Below, in pieces: positions 9,141 to 16,639 of a stretch of 64,000 nt of DNA. This stretch comes from Nitrososphaerota archaeon (GTDB taxonomy: Archaea > Thermoproteota > Nitrososphaeria_A > Caldarchaeales > Calditenuaceae). The first letter of the stretch is position 1; every line of letters starts with the position of its first letter. Under the pieces are notes generated by a model. It was not told the origin of the DNA. It saw nothing but the letters and a program-made list of their open reading frames with translations, and made no database searches. Location of the stretch: positions 41,199-105,198 of the forward strand of contig JAVQSZ010000005.1 of NCBI GenBank assembly GCA_033581555.1, read 5' to 3'. Position numbers and translations under genes: made by a program.

Positions 9141-11855
9141 TTACGAAGCCTTCCGTCCCCTGACGAGCGAGAGGCCGACGCTGGCTAGGGCTAGCACCAG
9201 CGCCAGTACCGCGAGGGCGGTGGTAAGCGTCAGGCTGCCCTGGACGTTCTGGACCGAGGTGTTGACCTCCCTGAGCTGCTGGCTCACCGCGTCCAGCGAC
9301 GACCTGAGCCCAGCTATCTTGGTGTCCGCGTCGGCCTTCGCCTTCGCTATCTCGCCGAGGATCGTGTCTTTGAAGCTGAGCACCGTGACGGGCGTGGTGA
9401 CCGAGACCGGAATCCCCACGAGCTTCGAGACGACGATGGCCTCAACGGTCGCGGCACCGGTCGGCAGCAAGTAGGTCTGCTCAGGCTTCAGGACGATCCT
9501 CCAGAGGCCGTCGCTAACGGGCTCGGCCAGTCCGACCGACACACCGGCGGGGCTGGTAAGGATGTACTTGATGAAGGCGATGTCATCTGTCCTGTAGGGC
9601 CTGCCCTGGAACGTGACCGAGAGCCTCAGCTCAGTCGGGAATCCCTGCTCCACCGTCGGGACCTGCACGAACCTGGCCTCTGGGATCATCGGCGTCGCGA
9701 ACCTCGCCCACTTCTCCGCGGTGTCCGGGAACTCCCTGAACGCCTTCAGCACGACGATCTTAGCGGTGACGTCGACCCTGTCGAGGAAGAACGGTCCATT
9801 GCCCACGAGGAAGTGGCCCCTCGAGGCATGCCACGCAGCGAGGTTCCTGTACCTGGCAACCGCCTCCTCCCTCTTGACGTACTTACCGAGGACCTTCTCG
9901 AACGGGATGTAGCCGGTCTCGATGGCCCTGTCGAGGTGCTTCTTCAGTATCGCAAGCGACGGACCCGCGAGGAGGTTCATCCACTCGACCTTGAGTTTGG
10001 TCGCCTTGGCGGAGCTGAAGGCCAGCTCTCCCGCAGCCTCCGCGAGGGCGCCTATCGCGACTACGTGCCACGGACCTGGGCCTTGCGAGTAATCGGTGAA
10101 GAACCAGCCCGCAGCCTCCGCAGCTATCCACTCAGCGTCGAGGTAGATCCTGTCCGAGTAGACCTCGATGACGAGCGGGTTCTCATTGATTATCCTGAGC
10201 CCCTTGAAGACCTCCCTGAACTCCCTGAAGGTCGGCAAGTAGGACTCGTCGTAGAGCGGGCTGTTCTTGTCGGCCCTCTCGAACGTGAGAATGAACGAGA
10301 AGACGATGTCGGCGATCGACATGGTGCTCCCGTCATGGAACTTGCGCTTGAACAGGTCGTCCTCGTAGTAAACCACCGTCTTGACCTTCGCCGTCGTGCC
10401 CGGCGGCGTAGTCACTATCTCTTGCTTAACCGCGTCCCACCCATACCAGGCGTCAGTCGGAACCGTTATCTCCGGCACGAACTTGAGCGTCACCCAGTCG
10501 AGCGTCACGCCGACCGGGTTCCCGAAGGTCACGAAGACATCAGCGCCCTTGATCCTTTGTGGCCAGTAGAGCCCCGTGAACGGGTCGGGCATGACCGCTG
10601 GGTCCGACGTGGCCCTCAAGTAGAACATGTCGAATATCCAGTTGCTGCCGGCCACCGGATTGACCGGGTCGACGAGCAGGTTGGTCGAGGCGATCTTAAC
10701 CGAGCCGCCGACCCTGTCTACGTACCTGATCGTGTAGGGCCAAAGCCTGGAACCAGAGTAGCCGCCGGCCAGGTCATAGGTGACGGAGACCTCCTTCCTA
10801 GCAGGCCAGGGCGATATCAGGTGAACTAGCCAGACCCTCACGGAGTCCTTCATCGAGAGCGTCAGCGCCTTGCTCATCAGCTCGTCGCGCTCCGCAATAG
10901 TGGTGAAGTCTCTGTTCCAAAGGCGGCTCGCGACCTTGTCGAACTCGGGGTCGGGCTTGTATGCCTGCCAGAGCGGCACCGGCTGGCCCCTAGGCGTGTA
11001 GAAGAACCCGAAGTTGTCACCTTCGTCCCTGCTAATGGCCGTCGTGATCCATCCGCCGGTGTAGAGGTGCCACTGCCCCTCAGCAGGATCACCTCTCAAC
11101 CAGATCGGCGCGGCCTCCCTCGCGGTCTTATACTGCCTGTCGACAACGAAGCCAATCTTCTCGAGCTGCGAGGAGATGTAGTCTCCTATCGGCCTCCTGG
11201 CGTCCTCGACCCTGATGACGAAGATCAGGGTGACAGGCTCGCCCTTGTAGTGCCACTTGCCGTCCCTGAGCTCGGCCCCTAGTTTCCTCATCTCTTCAGT
11301 GATGATCGTCCTGGCCTTCTCGAAGTTGAACGAGTACTCCCTCTCTATCTGGCGGATCAGGTCGGCGTACCTCGCGTAGTCCGGGAACGAGGGCGTAAGG
11401 ACCGTGAACCTAGGTATCGCCATGCCACCCATGATCTCGTTAGCGATGTAGGACCTGTCGATCAGATAGTTCATTGCCTCCCTTATCCTCGGGACCGAGA
11501 ACGGGTTCAGCTTCTTGGTCTTAGGGAACTCGGGCCCAACGGGGTTGAAGGTCAGCTCGTAGTACAGCCCGTAAGACACCGCGTAGCGGAGGTCCGGCGA
11601 CTCCCTTACCTTCTTAAAGTTAGCTGGGTCCCTTAGCGACCAGAAGTAGACGTGCATCTCGTTCTTGAGGAGCATGTCGATGGCCTTCGTCTCATCCGCC
11701 TCGATGAAGAAGCTGACCTCGTCGATCCATGGACCCTTCGGGGCCGCCTGCGCGTACGCAGGCGCGAAGGATGCCAAAGCCGTCACAGCGAGCATCGCGG
11801 CCATCAGCATCGCGGCTGTCCGCCAACCTCTTCCGGATCCGGAGAACATTTCCAT
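9141..11855 (-). CDS. peptide ABC transporter substrate-binding protein (family 5) with C-terminal coiled-coil and TM anchor
   Basis: 904 aa; N-terminal signal/anchor, SBP_bac_5-like core, archaeal-style C-terminal anchor LTLTTALAVLALVLALASVGLSLVRGRKAS; first gene of operon. Confidence 0.8.
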   Translation of the reverse strand: MEMFSGSGRGWRTAAMLMAAMLAVTALASFAPAYAQAAPKGPWIDEVSFFIEADETKAIDMLLKNEMHVYFWSLRDPANFKKVRESPDLRYAVSYGLYYELTFNPVGPEFPKTKKLNPFSVPRIREAMNYLIDRSYIANEIMGGMAIPRFTVLTPSFPDYARYADLIRQIEREYSFNFEKARTIITEEMRKLGAELRDGKWHYKGEPVTLIFVIRVEDARRPIGDYISSQLEKIGFVVDRQYKTAREAAPIWLRGDPAEGQWHLYTGGWITTAISRDEGDNFGFFYTPRGQPVPLWQAYKPDPEFDKVASRLWNRDFTTIAERDELMSKALTLSMKDSVRVWLVHLISPWPARKEVSVTYDLAGGYSGSRLWPYTIRYVDRVGGSVKIASTNLLVDPVNPVAGSNWIFDMFYLRATSDPAVMPDPFTGLYWPQRIKGADVFVTFGNPVGVTLDWVTLKFVPEITVPTDAWYGWDAVKQEIVTTPPGTTAKVKTVVYYEDDLFKRKFHDGSTMSIADIVFSFILTFERADKNSPLYDESYLPTFREFREVFKGLRIINENPLVIEVYSDRIYLDAEWIAAEAAGWFFTDYSQGPGPWHVVAIGALAEAAGELAFSSAKATKLKVEWMNLLAGPSLAILKKHLDRAIETGYIPFEKVLGKYVKREEAVARYRNLAAWHASRGHFLVGNGPFFLDRVDVTAKIVVLKAFREFPDTAEKWARFATPMIPEARFVQVPTVEQGFPTELRLSVTFQGRPYRTDDIAFIKYILTSPAGVSVGLAEPVSDGLWRIVLKPEQTYLLPTGAATVEAIVVSKLVGIPVSVTTPVTVLSFKDTILGEIAKAKADADTKIAGLRSSLDAVSQQLREVNTSVQNVQGSLTLTTALAVLALVLALASVGLSLVRGRKAS

Positions 11856-12104
11856 TGCAGCAATAGTAAAATACGCCCTTACTTAAGTTTTGCTTACAAT
11901 CCTAATGCGGGATTTCGGTGAAATCGATGGAAGGTCTGCGACCGAACACCAAGCGTGGGACCTGTAGGACGAGCCGCGTCGCCCGTAGACCCTCGCTCCT
12001 GACGAAACGACGGCTCAAGGACGCCTCCCGTAAGCGACAGCTGCGGGTTACCTAGGGCCGGCTGGTCTTCACGGTTAAATACGGACCTCAGGAAGGTCTG
12101 GTGT

Positions 12105-12230
12105 CCCCCGGTAGCTCAGCCTGGTAGAGCGCCCGGCTGTAGGGTCAGGCCGTGGCCGTGGACCCGCCAGCCTACCAGGCCACACGACGCGGGGACCGGG
12201 TGGTCGCAGGTTCAAGTCCTGCCCGGGGGA
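12105..12230 (+). tRNA. tRNA-Tyr(GUA) with 52-nt intron after position 37
   Basis: Acceptor CCCCCGG/CCGGGGG, D-arm GCTC-AGCCTGGTA-GAGC, anticodon stem CCCGG/CCGGG with loop CUGUAG|intron(12143-12194)|A, T-arm GCAGG-TTCAAGT-CCTGC, C1:G72 and A73 (archaeal Tyr identity); no encoded CCA. Confidence 0.65.
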
Positions 12231-12330
12231 TTAGGTAACGCGCATATCCTGTTCCACAACTGGTGGTGGAGATCGAATAACGCCCAGTGAGTCATGTCCC
12301 TGTTGTTAGGAAATCAACCCATCACGTCAA

Positions 12331-12403
12331 GGCCGCGGGTGGGACTCGAACCCACGACCGCCGGGTCCACAGCCCGGAGTGCTGCCACTACACCACCGCG
12401 GCC
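12331..12403 (-). tRNA. tRNA-His(GUG)
   Basis: Minus-strand sequence G(-1)+GCCGCGG acceptor, anticodon loop CUGUGGA (GUG), T-arm GTGGG-TTCGAGT-CCCAC, discriminator C73 pairing with extra G-1 (His hallmark). Confidence 0.8.
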
Positions 12404-12502
12404 ATGCTGTCCAGTAAATCATTCGCCCAGCTATGTATTTGATCTTGTGAGGATCTCAGAAACCGGGAAACGGGGTTAGACACCGCGGGTTCGTGGTGCG
12501 GG

Positions 12503-12844
12503 TCACTTGATGGCGTCGACTCCTGACTCGCCTGTCCTTATGCGTATCGCCTGATCGATCGGATGGACGAAGATCTTGCCGTCACCGATGTCACCCGTCC
12601 TCGCGGACTCCATGATCACCTTCACCGCTTTATCCACCTCTTCATCTGGAACGACGAGCTCGATCTTCAGCTTAGGCAGCATATCGACTCTGTACTCGTG
12701 GCCTCTGACCCGCCAGGATATGCCCAACTGCCGTCCCCTTCCCCTGACCTCGTAGACGGTTATCCCTACGAAGCCCGCCGACTCAAGCGCCCTCTTGACG
12801 TCTTCAAGCTTTTCAGGTTTTATTACAGCATGGACCATCTTCAT
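12503..12844 (-). CDS. glnK: nitrogen regulatory protein P-II
   Basis: 113 aa; T-loop RGRGRQLG...Y, C-terminal DGKIFV...IRIRTGE; directly downstream of amt. Confidence 0.88.
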   Translation of the reverse strand: MKMVHAVIKPEKLEDVKRALESAGFVGITVYEVRGRGRQLGISWRVRGHEYRVDMLPKLKIELVVPDEEVDKAVKVIMESARTGDIGDGKIFVHPIDQAIRIRTGESGVDAIK

Positions 12845-12854
12845 GGAACATCAC

Positions 12855-14093
12855 CTAGGACACATATTCTGCGTGTTGTGATATGTCAAGTCCTATGACC
12901 TCTTCCCGCGGTGGAACCCTAAGACCTATCGAGACGTCGATGAGCTTAACGATCAGCAACGTGACCACCGATGCGAAGGCCCAGGTCGCAGCTACACCGA
13001 TCAGCTGAGCCGCTATCAATGAAGGGTTGCCTGCCAGCAGACCGTTGACACCTGCGGGGTTGATGGAGGCATCCGCGAATATCCCAGTCGCTATCGCTCC
13101 CCAGGTACCACCCACGCCGTGAACACCCCAGACGTCGAGCGAGTCGTCAACTCCGAACCTCTGCCGCGCGTTAACCGCGATTGAGCATAGAACTCCTGCA
13201 ACAGCACCTATGACCAGCGCGGACGAGACGCTGACGAACCCCGCGGCCGGAGTTACTGCGACCAGACCTGCGACCGCACCGCTGGCTGCAGCGATGCTGC
13301 TGAACTTTCCCCTTGTGTAGTAGTTCGCGATGAGCCATGAAACGGCACCCGCAGAAGCAGCGGCGTGGGTGTTCAGAAAAGCCTGTGACGCCAACGAGCC
13401 GGATGCGAGCGCGCTGCCGGCGTTGAACCCGTACCATCCGAACCACAGGAGCGCAGCTCCCAAGATGACATAGGTCGGGTTACTTGGCTCAAAGGAGGAG
13501 TTGCCATAGCCGAGTCGCCTACCGAGAACGAGTGCAGCCACCAACGCCGACACTCCAGAGCTGATGTGGACGACTGTACCTCCCGCGAAGTCAAGCGCCC
13601 CTATCCCCCTGAGCCATCCACCGCCCCCCCAAACCCAGTGAGCCAGCGGAGAGTAAACGAACGTCGACCAAGCGACGAGGAAGATCAGGAAGGACCCGAA
13701 CTTGACCCTCTCCGCGAACGCACCCGCGATCAGCGCGGGCGTGATCACGGCGAACATCATCTGGTATATCGCATACGTTGAGTGTGGCACGGTCGCGGCG
13801 TAGTCGGGGTTTGGATCAGGGCCGACACCGTTCAGGCCGAACCATTCCAGACCACCGATGAGACCGAATCGATCAGGTCCGAAGGCCAGGCTGTATCCCC
13901 AGAGTATCCACACGATCGAGATGACGCCGACCGCGGCGAAGCACTGGAACAACGTCGATACGACGTTCTTCTTCCTCGCCAGCCCCGCGTAGAAGAACCC
14001 GAGCCCAGGCGTCATTATCATCACCATCGCCGTCGAGGTCAGCAGCCACGCAGTATCTCCCGTGTCCGTTCCCACGGACATCGACCCCCACAT
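12855..14093 (-). CDS. amt: ammonium transporter
   Basis: 412 aa, about 11 TM; Amt/MEP motifs (DFAGGTVVHISSG, GAVAGLVAVTPAAG); amt-glnK pair. Confidence 0.9.
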   Translation of the reverse strand: MWGSMSVGTDTGDTAWLLTSTAMVMIMTPGLGFFYAGLARKKNVVSTLFQCFAAVGVISIVWILWGYSLAFGPDRFGLIGGLEWFGLNGVGPDPNPDYAATVPHSTYAIYQMMFAVITPALIAGAFAERVKFGSFLIFLVAWSTFVYSPLAHWVWGGGGWLRGIGALDFAGGTVVHISSGVSALVAALVLGRRLGYGNSSFEPSNPTYVILGAALLWFGWYGFNAGSALASGSLASQAFLNTHAAASAGAVSWLIANYYTRGKFSSIAAASGAVAGLVAVTPAAGFVSVSSALVIGAVAGVLCSIAVNARQRFGVDDSLDVWGVHGVGGTWGAIATGIFADASINPAGVNGLLAGNPSLIAAQLIGVAATWAFASVVTLLIVKLIDVSIGLRVPPREEVIGLDISQHAEYVS

Positions 14094-14099
14094 CCGCGA

Positions 14100-14230
14100 C
14101 CTCTAAATAAGAATTCGGGAGTCTATTGAGCAATTGTAGATCAGAAATCGGACTTTATGGATGAGTTTTTTAAAAATTTGTTAAAATTTTGAACAAACAT
14201 CGAAAACATCAATCGAATTTGACTCGTGAA
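14100..14230 (-). promoter_or_regulatory. AT-rich upstream region of amt-glnK containing 21-bp near-palindrome TTTGTTAAAATTTTGAACAAA (14177-14197)
   Basis: Strong AT island in a GC-rich genome; inverted repeat TTTGTT-N9-AACAAA 85-105 nt upstream of amt start; TATA-like TTATTTAG adjacent to start. Confidence 0.3.
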
Positions 14231-14359
14231 GAGGGCCTTTCTTTTGACGAACAGCTAGGGACCGACGAATTGCTCGGTCATTTAACGAGAAGACAGACGG
14301 AGAAGCCCATAGTTGTGAGGTACGGACCGATTAGGAGGCGCGGACGCCGCGCCGTAGTT

Positions 14360-14788
14360 TCAGGTTTTGGTCTTTGCGAGGCCGACCTTGTGACCGTACT
14401 GGGTGCTATGCCTTACGGCGCCGAGCACCTCCTCTGCGGTGGAGAGCATGAGAACCTTGTCGAGCTTACGTACGTAGACCGAAGCCCTCTTGACGCTGAC
14501 GTTGAGCCTTTTCGAGAGCCTCACGAGGTCGTATCCGAGGGGCGTGTAAAACTCGGAGAGGTCGACTAGAGGTTCAGGGGGCGCGTAGTTCCTGATCTTG
14601 AAGTACGCCTCGAGCCACGCCGCGGCCTCCTCCCTGGACGCGACGTGCTTCCTACTCCACCTCCTCAGGAGGCTAGACTTCTCTGGGACCAGCTCGCACG
14701 CCAGCTCGGTCAGGGCCTCCCAAGTGGACTCGTGGCGCGGCTCGGAGAGGAAGGCCCCGTCGGTCGCGCAAACGATCAGCTTCGGCAT
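14360..14788 (-). CDS. hypothetical protein with C-terminal helix-turn-helix
   Basis: Internal Met (MPKLIVCATDG...) of longer GC-artefact ORF 14360..15073; C-terminal LSKRLNVSVKRASVYVRKL resembles HTH; N-terminal extension overlaps opposite-strand thioredoxin gene so was trimmed. Confidence 0.4.
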   Translation of the reverse strand: MPKLIVCATDGAFLSEPRHESTWEALTELACELVPEKSSLLRRWSRKHVASREEAAAWLEAYFKIRNYAPPEPLVDLSEFYTPLGYDLVRLSKRLNVSVKRASVYVRKLDKVLMLSTAEEVLGAVRHSTQYGHKVGLAKTKT

Positions 14789-14893
14789 CCTCGAGGAGCC
14801 CGACCGCCCCACTGAAAACGTTACTTCAAGCCCTCCGTTGAGGGCCCACCGGAGACGTCCAGCGACCTGCTGACTTGCCGGCGAAGGCTTTAA

Positions 14894-15511
14894 TTGCCGA
14901 GGAAGACGATTGCGTCGGAAATGGGCAAGAGGAAGGGGAAGAAGAGGCCCGAGTCGAGGGCCAGGGAGCTGGTGATCGCGTTCGTCCCCGCAGCCCTCCT
15001 CGTCGGCCTCCTGGTCTACCTCGTCTCCCAGCCCGTGAGCCCAACCCTCATAACGCCCCAGAGGACTGCCCATCAGGGCGAGACCGCGCCCGACTTCACC
15101 GCGAGAGTCCTGACGCCCGACGGACTTACTGAGAGGAGCTTCTCGCTCTCAGAGTACAGGGGCTCGGTGATATTCCTGGACTTCGTCTTCAGCTGGTGCC
15201 CCCACTGCAAGAACATGGCGCCGAAGGTGAAGGCCCTCCACGAGGAGTTCTCAGCGAAGGGCGTGAGGTTCGTGACGGTCGCGGGGAGCTCCCGATCGTC
15301 GCCGGAGGACTCCGCGAAGTTCCTCAGGGACCACGGGATCTCCTGGACCGCGGTCTACGACGCCGAGATGAGTGTCTTCCAGAAGTTCGGTGTGAGGGGG
15401 ACGCCGACGTACGTCGTCATCGGCAGGGACGGCAGGATCATCACGAAGCTGGCGGGCGAGCAGCCCTATGAGGTCCTCAAGGGTTACCTCCAGGAGGCCC
15501 TCGGGGGTTAA
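14894..15511 (+). CDS. membrane-anchored thioredoxin-like thiol:disulfide oxidoreductase (TlpA/ResA-like)
   Basis: N-terminal TM anchor then Trx fold with WCPHC active site and cis-Pro region GTPTYVV. Confidence 0.75.
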   Translation: MPRKTIASEMGKRKGKKRPESRARELVIAFVPAALLVGLLVYLVSQPVSPTLITPQRTAHQGETAPDFTARVLTPDGLTERSFSLSEYRGSVIFLDFVFSWCPHCKNMAPKVKALHEEFSAKGVRFVTVAGSSRSSPEDSAKFLRDHGISWTAVYDAEMSVFQKFGVRGTPTYVVIGRDGRIITKLAGEQPYEVLKGYLQEALGG

Positions 15512-15926
15512 CGTGGACGTCAGAGCGGTCGCGGCCGCGGCTGCTTCCGCGGGAGGCGTGGCCGTCAGCACCTACCTCGCGACGCCCGAGCAGGTCGCCT
15601 CCAGCCCCCTCTGCGACGTCAACGCGGTACTCTCATGCACCTCAGTCCTCTCGAGCCAGTACGCTACCTTCATGGGGATTCCGGTCGCGCTGTACGGCGC
15701 TGCCTGGTTCGCGGTCTCGCTCGTAGCCTCGCTGTCGGCCTTTTCGAGGAGGAGGGCGGCGCTCTTCCTCTTCTGGTGGTCAGTGCTCGGGATGCTGGGC
15801 GTGGCGGTGCTGGTCTACGTCGAGGCGTTCATGATCGGGAGCTTCTGCCTCTACTGCACTCTGGCTCACGTGCTGGCGGCCGTCGTCTTCGCAAACGCCT
15901 ACCTGATCCGGTCGGAGTCCTCCTAG
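15468..15926 (+). CDS. vitamin K epoxide reductase (VKOR) family membrane protein
   Basis: 4 TM; loop Cys pair (C-x8-C: CDVNAVLSC) and TM CxxC (CLYC) as in VKOR; probable real start GTG at 15513 one nt after thioredoxin stop. Confidence 0.6.
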   Translation: MRSSRVTSRRPSGVNVDVRAVAAAAASAGGVAVSTYLATPEQVASSPLCDVNAVLSCTSVLSSQYATFMGIPVALYGAAWFAVSLVASLSAFSRRRAALFLFWWSVLGMLGVAVLVYVEAFMIGSFCLYCTLAHVLAAVVFANAYLIRSESS

Positions 15927-15943
15927 GGTCACCGCGCGGCCGC

Positions 15944-16639
15944 TCACCTGCGCCTCTCCTCGGAGACGATCTGACCGTCCCTTATCCTGAGGACCCTCCC
16001 GACGTACTCGGTGACCTCCGGGTTGTGCGTCACGATCACCAGAGTCCTCCCCTGCTCGTTGAGCTGCCTGAAGATCTCGAGGACCTGCTTGCCCGTGGCC
16101 GAGTCGAGGTTCCCGGTGGGCTCATCGGCCAGCAGTAGCGACGGGTCGTTCGCGAGGGCCCTCGCGATGCTGACCCTCTGCTGTTCGCCCCCGCTCAGCT
16201 CGACCGCCCTGTGGTGGATCCTGTGCCCCAGCCCCACCATCTCGAGCAGCTTGGCAGCCCTCTCCCTCCTCTCGCCGGGAGGCACCTTGTCGACGAAGGT
16301 CATCGCGAGCAACACGTTGTCGAGCGCGGTCAGCCTCGGCAGCAGGTTGTAGCTCTGGAAGACGAAGCCTATCTCCATCCCCCTTATCCTCGAGAGCTCG
16401 TCGTCGTTCAGCCTCGAGACGTCCGTGCCCCTGAAGAGGAGCTTCCCCGAGCTCGGCCTGTCGAGAAGGCCCATCAGGTTGAGAAGCGTGCTCTTCCCGG
16501 ACCCGCTCGGGCCCATGATCGCGAGGGACTCGCCCTGCCTCACGGTCAGGCTCACCCCCCTCAAAGCGTGCACCTTCAATCGCCGCTCGTCGTAGACCTT
16601 ATGGACGTCGACCATCCTGACGACGGAGCTATCCTCCAC
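15944..16639 (-). CDS. ABC transporter ATP-binding protein (FtsE/LolD/MacB-type)
   Basis: Walker A GPSGSGKST, LSGGEQQRVSIARAL, LLADEPTGNLD, H-loop THN. Confidence 0.85.
   Translation of the reverse strand: MEDSSVVRMVDVHKVYDERRLKVHALRGVSLTVRQGESLAIMGPSGSGKSTLLNLMGLLDRPSSGKLLFRGTDVSRLNDDELSRIRGMEIGFVFQSYNLLPRLTALDNVLLAMTFVDKVPPGERRERAAKLLEMVGLGHRIHHRAVELSGGEQQRVSIARALANDPSLLLADEPTGNLDSATGKQVLEIFRQLNEQGRTLVIVTHNPEVTEYVGRVLRIRDGQIVSEERRR

Noticed and set aside
9813-10829. 338-aa plus-strand ORF
   Set aside because: Antisense to substrate-binding protein gene. No motifs.
12040-12420. Integrated element at tRNA genes
   Set aside because: No integrase, no direct repeat of tRNA 3' ends, and the flanks are housekeeping (opp operon, amt-glnK).
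12404-12502. Possible C/D-box sRNA downstream of tRNA-His (GTGAGGA ... CTCAGA)
   Set aside because: Box order and spacing do not fit C-D'-C'-D on either strand. More likely glnK 3' UTR or terminator.
14189-14569. 126-aa plus ORF in amt upstream region
   Set aside because: Starts in AT-rich promoter island and overlaps the better-supported minus-strand HTH gene. No motifs.
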